Source: Patescibacteria group bacterium (GTDB lineage Bacteria; Patescibacteriota; Patescibacteriia; Patescibacteriales; Patescibacteriaceae). From it: 64,000 nucleotides of DNA. How positions within the stretch are numbered: the stretch's first letter is position 1; the number at the start of each line of letters is the position of its first letter. Both the position numbers and the translations under genes were made by a program. Below, piece by piece: positions 18,277 to 25,610 of the stretch. The DNA lies in assembly GCA_028704945.1 (NCBI GenBank), contig JAQWEL010000003.1:8037-72036 (forward strand), written 5' to 3'. The notes beneath the pieces were generated by a model. That model did no database searches, was not told the origin of the DNA, and saw only the letters and a list, made by a program, of their open reading frames with translations.

Positions 18277-19422
18277 ATGCGTAGTGTTGAAAATCATTGG
18301 TTTAAAAAAATTTTTTTATTTATCAGAAATATAGAAGGAGCCGACCGCTGGCTTCTTTTTTCCCTGGCTGGTTTGATTGTTTTTGGTTTAATCGCTTTGT
18401 CGAGCGCTTCGTCAGTTATAGCCTTTCAAAATACCGGCGATAGTTTTTTTTATATTAAAAAGCAATTAATCGGAATTTTAATCGGTTTTGTTTTTTTTGC
18501 CATAGCGATTGCTATGAATTGGCGCCAATATAAAAAATATGGCTGGCTGTTATTTTTATTTAATATTATTCTGTTGATAGTAGTCTTGATTTTTGGATAT
18601 TCGGCCGGTGGATCACGAGCTTGGATTAGATTAGGTGGCTTTAATATTCAACCGTCAGAATTTCTAAAGTTAACCTTACTGCTATATTTAGCAGCTCGCT
18701 TATCTCGTCCTGAAAAAGAAGTTAGCCATAAGATAATCCCGTTTTTGATAGTTTACGGCTTGGCGGCGTTATTGATAATGCTGCAGCCAGATATTGGAAC
18801 ATTATTCATAATTTCAGTACCGGCGCTTGTTTCTTTATTTGTGGCTAAGGCTCCGTTGAAACATATTTTTTTTCTGATTGGTATCGGTGTGGTCCTTCTT
18901 TCATCTATTTTTTTGATTAGCAAATTTACTGGACGACTTGATCATGCTCAGGGCAGATTTGAGTGTATTATCGGCAATAATATAGAAACTAATAAACAAG
19001 GGACATGCTATCAGGTCAGCCAATCCTTGTCTGCTATCGGTTCTGGTAAAGTTATCGGCCGGGGCTTAGGCGAAAGCCGCAAGAAATTCCGCTATATTCC
19101 TGAAGTTCAGAATGATTTTATTTTTTCAGTTATTGCCGAAGAAACAGGTTTTATTTTTAGTTCGTTATTAATCATACTTTACGCTTTTATCTTTTGGCGA
19201 TCATATCTAATCGCTGCCCATTCCAACGAACCATTCGTTAAGATATTATCAATCAGTATCGGCAGCTGGTTTGTTGCTCAGGCGATTATTAATATCGGAG
19301 GAGCAACAGTTGTCTTGCCTTTGACTGGAGTACCATTGCCGTTTGTTAGCTATGGCGGTTCGGCTATGATTAGTTCATTGGCGGCCGCTGGCGTTTTAGT
19401 TGGTTTAAGTAAAAATGAATAA
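18277..19422 (+). CDS. ftsW: SEDS-family peptidoglycan polymerase FtsW/RodA
   Basis: 381 aa polytopic protein with IQPSEFLKL, PDIGT, EEGF-like (AEETGFIF) and LPFVSYGGSA motifs, positioned between mraY and murG. Confidence 0.9.
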   Translation: MRSVENHWFKKIFLFIRNIEGADRWLLFSLAGLIVFGLIALSSASSVIAFQNTGDSFFYIKKQLIGILIGFVFFAIAIAMNWRQYKKYGWLLFLFNIILLIVVLIFGYSAGGSRAWIRLGGFNIQPSEFLKLTLLLYLAARLSRPEKEVSHKIIPFLIVYGLAALLIMLQPDIGTLFIISVPALVSLFVAKAPLKHIFFLIGIGVVLLSSIFLISKFTGRLDHAQGRFECIIGNNIETNKQGTCYQVSQSLSAIGSGKVIGRGLGESRKKFRYIPEVQNDFIFSVIAEETGFIFSSLLIILYAFIFWRSYLIAAHSNEPFVKILSISIGSWFVAQAIINIGGATVVLPLTGVPLPFVSYGGSAMISSLAAAGVLVGLSKNE

Positions 19423-20494
19423 TATGAAAAAAATAATATTAACCGGTGGCGGAACCTTAGGCTCGGTTATACCATTGTTAGCAATTTCTGATAAACTCAG
19501 GGATGAATTTGAATTTATTTGGATTGGCACTAAACATGGTCCGGAAAAAGAAATTATTGAGACGGCTGGGTTACCGTTTGTAGCAATTTCTGCCGGCAAA
19601 ATAAGACGCTACTGGGATTGGAAAAATTTTCGAGATATATTCTTGTCTATAGCCGGTTTTTTCAAATCATTTTTACTATTGCAAAAAAATCGTCCCAATT
19701 TAGTTATTACCGCCGGTAGTTACGCCGGAGTGCCTGTTGTAATTGCGGCTAAATTTTTGGGCATTAAGGTTTTAGTCCATCAGCTTGATTATTTGCCTGG
19801 GTTAGCCAATAAAATTGGAGCTAAATTTGCCGATAAGGTGGCAGTGACTTGGGAAAAGTCGCTTAAAGATTTTGGCTCTAAAGCCATTTGGACCGGTTCC
19901 ATGATTAGATTTGAACTATATAGCCGAACCTTAAAGGAAGATAATAAGCAAATTGCTAATAAATTTGGTTTGAATGGTTTAAAGCCAATAATGTTGGTTG
20001 TCGGAGGCGGGACAGGCGCCAACGGACTCAATAATCTGGTAGCCGGTTCAATTAATTATTTAAAGGATGATTGTGAAATTTTGCACCTAACCGGCAAGGG
20101 TAAAAAATTATCGTTTGCCAAAGAACCAAACAATTATCAACAAATTGAATTTCTAAATCAGCCAGACATGGCTAAGGCTTATGCTATCGCTGATGTGGTG
20201 GTAAGCCGGGCAGGGATGTCGGCTATATTAGAATTAGCCGCCTTAAAGAAACCAGCCATCATTATCCCGATGCCTAACTCTCATCAAGAATTAAATGCTA
20301 GAATTTTAAGAGATTCAAATGCAGCCTTAGTGATGTTTCAAGATAAGATAAGTCCGGAAATGTTATCGGAAAAAATAAAAAAAATACTCTCCGATAAAGA
20401 GTATCAAGAGAGTTTAAAAGAAAACATCGGGCAAGTTGTAAAAATCAATAGCCAGGAATTAGTTAAGCTTGTTAAATTAATGGCCAACATTTGA
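19415..20494 (+). CDS. murG: UDP-GlcNAc:lipid I GlcNAc transferase
   Basis: ILTGGGTLGSVIPLLAI, VVGGGTGANGLN and SRAGMSAILELAALKKPAIIIP. Confidence 0.9.
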   Translation: MNNMKKIILTGGGTLGSVIPLLAISDKLRDEFEFIWIGTKHGPEKEIIETAGLPFVAISAGKIRRYWDWKNFRDIFLSIAGFFKSFLLLQKNRPNLVITAGSYAGVPVVIAAKFLGIKVLVHQLDYLPGLANKIGAKFADKVAVTWEKSLKDFGSKAIWTGSMIRFELYSRTLKEDNKQIANKFGLNGLKPIMLVVGGGTGANGLNNLVAGSINYLKDDCEILHLTGKGKKLSFAKEPNNYQQIEFLNQPDMAKAYAIADVVVSRAGMSAILELAALKKPAIIIPMPNSHQELNARILRDSNAALVMFQDKISPEMLSEKIKKILSDKEYQESLKENIGQVVKINSQELVKLVKLMANI

Positions 20495-20876
20495 TGTGGC
20501 CGATAATATCAATAAAAATAGCTATAATGGAAATAATCAGAACTATTAAATATTGCCATTTGCTAGTTTTGCTGGTAAGTTTATGAAGCAGGTGCGATAT
20601 TATTTCTTTATCTTGTCTGGAAAAATAATCGCTTTTTTCCACTTTACGGATTAGATTACTGGCATTAATATTGGATAATCTTTTCTTTTCAGAGAAATAT
20701 TCGTAACCATAATAAAGAATAAAGCCGATAGTGCCAATATACCAAATAATATCAGCTGTTGAAAAGAAATAATGGCTATTAGTTATAATAATGGCTCTAT
20801 AGCACAAGCTGGAAATGACAAATATCCAAAATATTATTTGTTTAGTGGTATGATGAGAAATTTTGATTTGGCTCAT
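20472..20876 (-). CDS. membrane protein (hypothetical)
   Basis: 134 aa with 3-4 hydrophobic helices. It is convergent with murG and overlaps its last 23 nt. Confidence 0.45.
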   Translation of the reverse strand: MSQIKISHHTTKQIIFWIFVISSLCYRAIIITNSHYFFSTADIIWYIGTIGFILYYGYEYFSEKKRLSNINASNLIRKVEKSDYFSRQDKEIISHLLHKLTSKTSKWQYLIVLIISIIAIFIDIIGHIKCWPLI

Positions 20877-20934
20877 ATTATTTCATTGTAATAATTAAAA
20901 TTATTATAACATAGATTATCAAAAAATTAAAAAT

Positions 20935-22329
20935 ATGGATTGGTCTAAAGTAAAAAGTGTTTATATGATAGGCATCAAGGGTGTCGGCATGACTATGTTG
21001 GCAGAATTTTTAGCTGCTCAAGGCATTAAAGTTGAGGGATCTGACGGACCAGAACATTATTTTACTGAGAAAGTCTTAACTAAAGCGAAAATTAAATTTT
21101 ACGAGCAGTTTAGTGAAAGCAATCTTCCGTCTGATGTTGATTTAATAATTTACTCGACCGCCTATAACGAAAGCAATCCTGAAGTAAAAGCGGCTATCAA
21201 TAGTAACAAAAAAGTTTTTACTTACGCTGAAGCTTTAGCTAAAGTTTTTAATTATCGACAAGGCATTGCTGTTTGTGGTTCACATGGCAAGACAACCACT
21301 ACGGCTTGGCTTGGTTTTGTGATGGATAAATTAAAGATGAAGCCTAATGTTATGGTTGGTTCGATCGTGCCGCAATTCGGTGGAGCCAGTTTATCAAATT
21401 CATCGGATTGGTTAGTTATTGAAGCTGATGAATATCAGAATAAATTAAAGCAGTTTGAACCGAAAGCAATTCTTTTGAATAACATTGATTATGATCATCC
21501 AGATTTTTACAAAACAGAGAAAGATTATTTTCAAGCTTTTGCTGATTTTGTAATAAAATTAACGGCTAAAGGTTGGTTGGTGGCTAATTTTGACGATGCT
21601 AACGTTCGTGAAGTGGCTAAATTAACTAAGGCTAAGGTTATCAGCTATGCCATTGAAAGCGAAGCCGACTTAATGGCCAGTGATTTAGCAATTCAAGGCG
21701 GCCGACAGTATTTTAAAGCAAAATATAATGGCGAAGATTTGGGTTCTTTCAATATTAGTTTATTAGGCAAGCACAACGTTTATAATGCTCTGGCAGTAAT
21801 TGCGTCTGTCTTGGAAATAGGAGCTGACTTATTGGGTTTAAGAAATGCTTTAGCTGAATTTAATGGCACAGTGAGACGAATGGAGTATAAAGGAGAATAT
21901 AAGGGCGCTAGAATTTATGATGACTATGCGCATCATCCCACTGAAGTCAAAGCTTCTATCCAAGCAGCCTTGGAAATCAAATCAGGCGCTCCTTTGTATG
22001 TCGTATTTCATCCTCATACCTTTACCAGAACCAAAGCTTTGCTTGATGATTTTGCTAAAAGTTTTACCGGGGTAGAAAAATTATGCGTGATTGAAATTTA
22101 CGGCTCAGCCAGAGAAATACAAGGCGGTGTATCCAGTAATGATTTGGTTGAAAAGATTAAAATTAATAATCCTAAAATTATAGCTGACTATGTCCCGGAT
22201 TTGCCGGCAGCGGCTAATTGGCTGAATCACGAAATTCAAGGCGGAGAAACAGTCGTCTTAATGGGGGCAGGCGATGTTAATCGTTTAGCAACAGAATTTT
22301 TATCATTAGAATATGAAAATAATCAATAA
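20935..22329 (+). CDS. murC: UDP-N-acetylmuramate--L-alanine ligase
   Basis: GIKGVGMTMLAEFL, CGSHGKTTTTAWL, EADEYQ and DDYAHHPTE. Confidence 0.95.
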   Translation: MDWSKVKSVYMIGIKGVGMTMLAEFLAAQGIKVEGSDGPEHYFTEKVLTKAKIKFYEQFSESNLPSDVDLIIYSTAYNESNPEVKAAINSNKKVFTYAEALAKVFNYRQGIAVCGSHGKTTTTAWLGFVMDKLKMKPNVMVGSIVPQFGGASLSNSSDWLVIEADEYQNKLKQFEPKAILLNNIDYDHPDFYKTEKDYFQAFADFVIKLTAKGWLVANFDDANVREVAKLTKAKVISYAIESEADLMASDLAIQGGRQYFKAKYNGEDLGSFNISLLGKHNVYNALAVIASVLEIGADLLGLRNALAEFNGTVRRMEYKGEYKGARIYDDYAHHPTEVKASIQAALEIKSGAPLYVVFHPHTFTRTKALLDDFAKSFTGVEKLCVIEIYGSAREIQGGVSSNDLVEKIKINNPKIIADYVPDLPAAANWLNHEIQGGETVVLMGAGDVNRLATEFLSLEYENNQ

Positions 22330-23236
22330 CAAAAGTTTAAAAGATTTGACAACTTTTAAAATCGGCGGTGAAGCGGAATTTTTTACCGAAATTTACCTAA
22401 AGGAAGAATTAATTGAAGCGTTAGCTTGGGCCAAGAGTAAAAACTTACCAGTTTTTATATTGGGTGGAGGCAGTAACCTATTGATAAGCGAACAAGGTTT
22501 GAGGGGTTTAACGATAAAGATGATAAATAATGAAATTGAATTAAAGGGCAATAATATTATTGCCGGAGCTGGCTTAGCTTTAGCAGATCTAATCGGCTTT
22601 GCTTTTAAAAATAATTTAACTGGTTTGGAATGGGGGACAGGCATTCCTGGTTCTGTGGGCGGAGCAGTCCGCGGTAATGCCGGCGCTTACGGCGGAGAGA
22701 TAAGCAGACTGGTTGAAGAAGTGGAGGCTTATGATATTTTGAAAAATAAATGGCTTACAATTTCTAAAAATGATTGTTTGTTTTCTTACAGGGAAAGTCA
22801 TTTTAAAAAAGATAAAAATTTAATTATTTGGCAAGTAAAATTTACTTTAGCTAAAGATGAACACGAAAATATTAAAACCAAGCTACATGATATCGTTAAT
22901 CAACGGATGCCTAAATTGCCGACTGAATCAAGCGCCGGGTCATTTTTTAAGAATATTGAATTAGATAAATTACCCATTGAAATTAAAAATGTTTTGCTTG
23001 AAAGATTTGCCGACAAAATTAAGGGGAATAAATTAGCTGCCGGGGTAATTATTGAAGCGCTGGGTTTAAAAGGTTTAAAGAATAATCAAGCTATGGTTAG
23101 CCCCAGGCATGCTAATTTTTTAATCAATCTCGGTGATGCCAAGCAGGCTGATATTTTAGAACTAATTCATAAAATTCAGTCTGAAGCTGAGAAAAAGTAT
23201 GGCATAATATTAGAGCCAGAAGTAAATATTTTATAA
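22313..23236 (+). CDS. murB: UDP-N-acetylenolpyruvoylglucosamine reductase
   Basis: TTFKIGGEAEFF, ILGGGSNLL, GIPGSVGGAVRGNAGAYG and SAGSFFKN. It overlaps murC by 17 nt. Confidence 0.9.
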   Translation: MKIINNKSLKDLTTFKIGGEAEFFTEIYLKEELIEALAWAKSKNLPVFILGGGSNLLISEQGLRGLTIKMINNEIELKGNNIIAGAGLALADLIGFAFKNNLTGLEWGTGIPGSVGGAVRGNAGAYGGEISRLVEEVEAYDILKNKWLTISKNDCLFSYRESHFKKDKNLIIWQVKFTLAKDEHENIKTKLHDIVNQRMPKLPTESSAGSFFKNIELDKLPIEIKNVLLERFADKIKGNKLAAGVIIEALGLKGLKNNQAMVSPRHANFLINLGDAKQADILELIHKIQSEAEKKYGIILEPEVNIL

Positions 23237-23507
23237 AAAATAGCCCGTGAAACAAATTGTTTGTTCGCGGGTGATTTTTTAATGTCTTCCATAAATAATA
23301 GGGAAAATGATACCTAGAATAACAGAAAAAAGTACAATACGTGTGTGCACATTACCAATGACTATTGACAAGTTATTAAAAGTATGCTTTTATTTAAAAA
23401 TAATAAAGAACCTTGAAAAACAATGAAGGTTAGTAATAAATCGCAAATTAAGTATCTTAGTTTTCGGCTTATTACTAATTTTTATTCAAAATATATTGGA
23501 GTTTATT

Positions 23508-24047
23508 ATGAGCGCATCTATCAATAACCCAGAATTTGTTTCGGTAAAATTAACGACTGAACAAATAAATTCCATAGTTGAAAAACTTGGTGGTTATGAA
23601 AAAACTCTCGCGTTTTTGCAGGAAGAACCTCAAACAACAACCATCAATCATATCATTGATTGTAACGCCAATCCGTATATTCCAATGGGTTTGACTGTGG
23701 TGGAACATAAGCCAGGCGGATTATTTGAGTTTGACCCGTCAAAAATTTACCTGTATCTGTCTGAAGCGCAAAAAAGTGGCGTTATCAACGGAAATAATTT
23801 AAGAAAATTGTTAGCTGACAAGCCGGTCTTAAACGCTAACGTTCTTGATTATTTACTGGCTCATCCGGAAATTATTCCCGAAGATTGGAAAGGTAAATAT
23901 ATCTTTTTCTGGGGAACGCTTTACCGCTACTCGAATGGCAATCTTTTTGTTCGTTACCTCTACTGGAACGGTTCGAAGTGGAGCTGGAGCTACGGCTGGC
24001 TTGGTGACGAGTTCGATGTCGATTGCCCTGCTGTTCTCGCAAGTTGA
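23508..24047 (+). CDS. DGR target protein (small, no signal peptide) with a C-terminal variable region
   Basis: GGAG RBS 7 nt before the ATG at 23508. The 179-aa protein ends ...IFFWGTLYRYSNGNLFVRYLYWNGSKWSWSYGWLGDEFDVDCPAVLAS, and its last 40 codons form the VR. Confidence 0.85.
   Translation: MSASINNPEFVSVKLTTEQINSIVEKLGGYEKTLAFLQEEPQTTTINHIIDCNANPYIPMGLTVVEHKPGGLFEFDPSKIYLYLSEAQKSGVINGNNLRKLLADKPVLNANVLDYLLAHPEIIPEDWKGKYIFFWGTLYRYSNGNLFVRYLYWNGSKWSWSYGWLGDEFDVDCPAVLAS
23924..24042 (+). repeat. DGR variable region (VR)
   Basis: It aligns gap-free over 119 nt with 24371-24489. The 9 differences are T,T,T,G,G,G,G,G,G opposite template A. Confidence 0.85.
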
Positions 24048-24087
24048 TTTTTGTAACTTAGATCTTTGCTCTTTGGCTTTTACCCTT

Positions 24088-24120
24088 AGATCTTGAAATG
24101 TATAGTACATTCCAAGATCT
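24088..24120 (+). terminator. 15-bp hairpin downstream of the VR (terminator and/or DGR homing-associated structure)
   Basis: AGATCTTGAAATGTA-tag-TACATTCCAAGATCT has one mismatch and is followed by ATTTTTT. The motif CTTAGATCT is also repeated at 24057-24065 and 24085-24093. Confidence 0.55.
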
Positions 24121-24370
24121 ATTTTTTACACAAAATTATGTTAAGATAAAATTGATTAAGGTTAATTTGTGGTTGGTTATGGCTGACCACGACCATAATT
24201 AATATTTTTGTTTTGAGGATATTTACGGCTAAGGCTGAAAATAGAGTGAAATAAAAATATTTTACACAATGAAGAAACTTGGTTTGTGGCGCTAAGGCAT
24301 TATGATGCCGGATAAAATACAGCCCCGAGATTATTCAAGGAGCAGTGACTTAGGTGGCGCTGCAAACATT

Positions 24371-24489
24371 CCGCAACTCGAATGGCAATCTTTATGTTCG
24401 TTACCTCAACTGGAACGGTTCGAAGTGGAACTGGAACTACAACTGGCTTGATAACGAGTTCGATGTCGATTGCCCTGCTGTTCTCGCAA
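24371..24489 (+). repeat. DGR template region (TR)
   Basis: A non-coding copy of the VR that retains the AAC/AAT codons (FRNSNGNLYVRYLNWNGSKWNWNYNWLDNEFDVDCPAVLA). Homology stops abruptly at ...CTCGCAA. Confidence 0.85.
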
Positions 24490-24510
24490 CTCTCTTTATT
24501 TCTCCCTCGC

Positions 24511-24870
24511 TTATTTGGTGGGGGAGTTTTGTTTTGTTAATTGGCCGTTCCAGCCACCCAGCATGCGACCGATTTCATTTATTTTTTCCGATAAGATAAT
24601 ATATTTTTTATTATCCAAGGATTTAGTTTCCCAAAGAATCAAGAGAAAGACTTTAACAGTGTCATTTTTTCTAATGGCTATTTTTATATAGGACTGCTTT
24701 TCTTCTTTAGATAAGAACGAGGCGCTGACGATAGCTTCTATAATTTCCACCAGCAAAACGTCAATCCTGCCACCTAAAGTATAGCGATGCTCTTTGGGCA
24801 GTGTTTTGTAGTAACCATACCATAGAAAATATAGATCTTTGATTTTCTGTAATAAGGGTATTAGTTGCAA
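24511..24870 (-). CDS. four-helix-bundle protein (Avd-like DGR accessory / 23S-IVS protein family)
   Basis: 119 aa, basic, helical, with a TTG start. YTLGGRIDVLLVEIIEAIVSA...INEIGRMLGGW is typical of four-helix-bundle proteins of the Avd type. It lies between TR and RT but on the opposite strand. Confidence 0.7.
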   Translation of the reverse strand: MQLIPLLQKIKDLYFLWYGYYKTLPKEHRYTLGGRIDVLLVEIIEAIVSASFLSKEEKQSYIKIAIRKNDTVKVFLLILWETKSLDNKKYIILSEKINEIGRMLGGWNGQLTKQNSPTK

Positions 24871-24899
24871 ATTCGGCTGGGGGGGGTAACATTAGAAGC

Positions 24900-25417
24900 A
24901 TGAAAATTTTGGATCATAAATTTGAGGAAATTATTAGTTTAGAAAATTTTTGGAAAATATTATTGAAAGTTTTAGAGACAAAGTAACTGATAATGGACTG
25001 CCTTTGGGCAATTTAACTTCGCAACTATTCTCTAATATTTATCTTAATGAATTTGATCATTTTGTTAAGCAAAAGTTTAAAATAAAATACTATATCAGAT
25101 ATGCCGATGATTTTGTAATCTTTAATTCTGATAGAGATTATTTGGTTAAGTTAATCCCATTGCTAAGTAATTTTTTAATACAAAAATTAAAATTAACCCT
25201 GCATCCGCAAAAATTGTTTATTAAAACTTTGGTTTCCGGCATAGATTTTTTAGGTTAGACGCATTTTCCCGAGCATCGTGTTTTGCGGCGAGCGACCAAA
25301 AGAAGAATGTTTAGAAAAATCAGCCTTACTTCTAGCGAAGCGACGGTTAATTCATATTGGGGATTATTGAAAAATGGAAATAGCTACAAATTAAGAAAGC
25401 AACTAAATTTGATTTAA
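24900..25417 (+). pseudogene. DGR-type reverse transcriptase, degraded (internal deletion/frameshift plus in-frame TAG)
   Basis: Three fragments were read. (1) 24900-24986, MKILDHKFEEIISLENFWKILLKVLETK*. (2) 24950-25258 in another frame, ENIIESFRDKVTDNGLPLGNLTSQLFSNIYLNEFD...YYIRYADDFVIF...GIDFLG, carrying the LPxGxxxSQ and YADD motifs. (3) After TAG at 25259-25261 the same frame continues THFPEHRVLRRATKRRMFRKI...SYWGLLKNGNSYKLRKQLNLI*. Confidence 0.8.
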
Positions 25418-25510
25418 TTGATTAATTCTGGTCGCTTCTTATGCTGTTATTCTGTGCTTTTTATAAATAGGCTGATATCAGCATAGGTTCTGTAAATTAA
25501 ATTTTTGATA

Positions 25511-25539
25511 TTGACAATTATGTAAATATGTGATACAAT
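25511..25539 (+). promoter_or_regulatory. near-consensus sigma70 promoter for 25611..27500
   Basis: TTGACA 25511-25516, a 17-nt spacer ending in TGA (TGn extended -10), then TACAAT 25534-25539. An AGGAG RBS precedes the ATG. Confidence 0.55.
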
Positions 25540-25610
25540 ATTATATTGTTCATTCAAAATTGAATATTCCCTAATATTAAATAATTTTCTTAATTATCAG
25601 GAGTTTTATC

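Larger units (their letters stand above)
23508..25417 (+). mobile_element. diversity-generating retroelement cassette (target gene with VR, TR, Avd-like gene, degraded RT)
   Basis: The components are annotated individually below. The VR/TR mismatch pattern is exclusively at template adenines. Confidence 0.8.

Noticed and set aside
24354-24599. An 81-aa ORF in the track that looks like a truncated duplicate of the C-terminus of 23508..24047.
   Set aside because: It has no RBS. Similarity to the real gene is confined to 24371-24489 and differs only at adenines. It is the DGR template region read in frame, not a protein-coding paralog.
25259-25261. The in-frame TAG in the RT as programmed read-through or stop-codon reassignment.
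   Set aside because: TAG, TAA and TGA all end well-conserved genes at expected lengths elsewhere in the window; murG and the DGR target end in TGA. The RT also has an independent deletion/frameshift. A pseudogene is the simpler reading.
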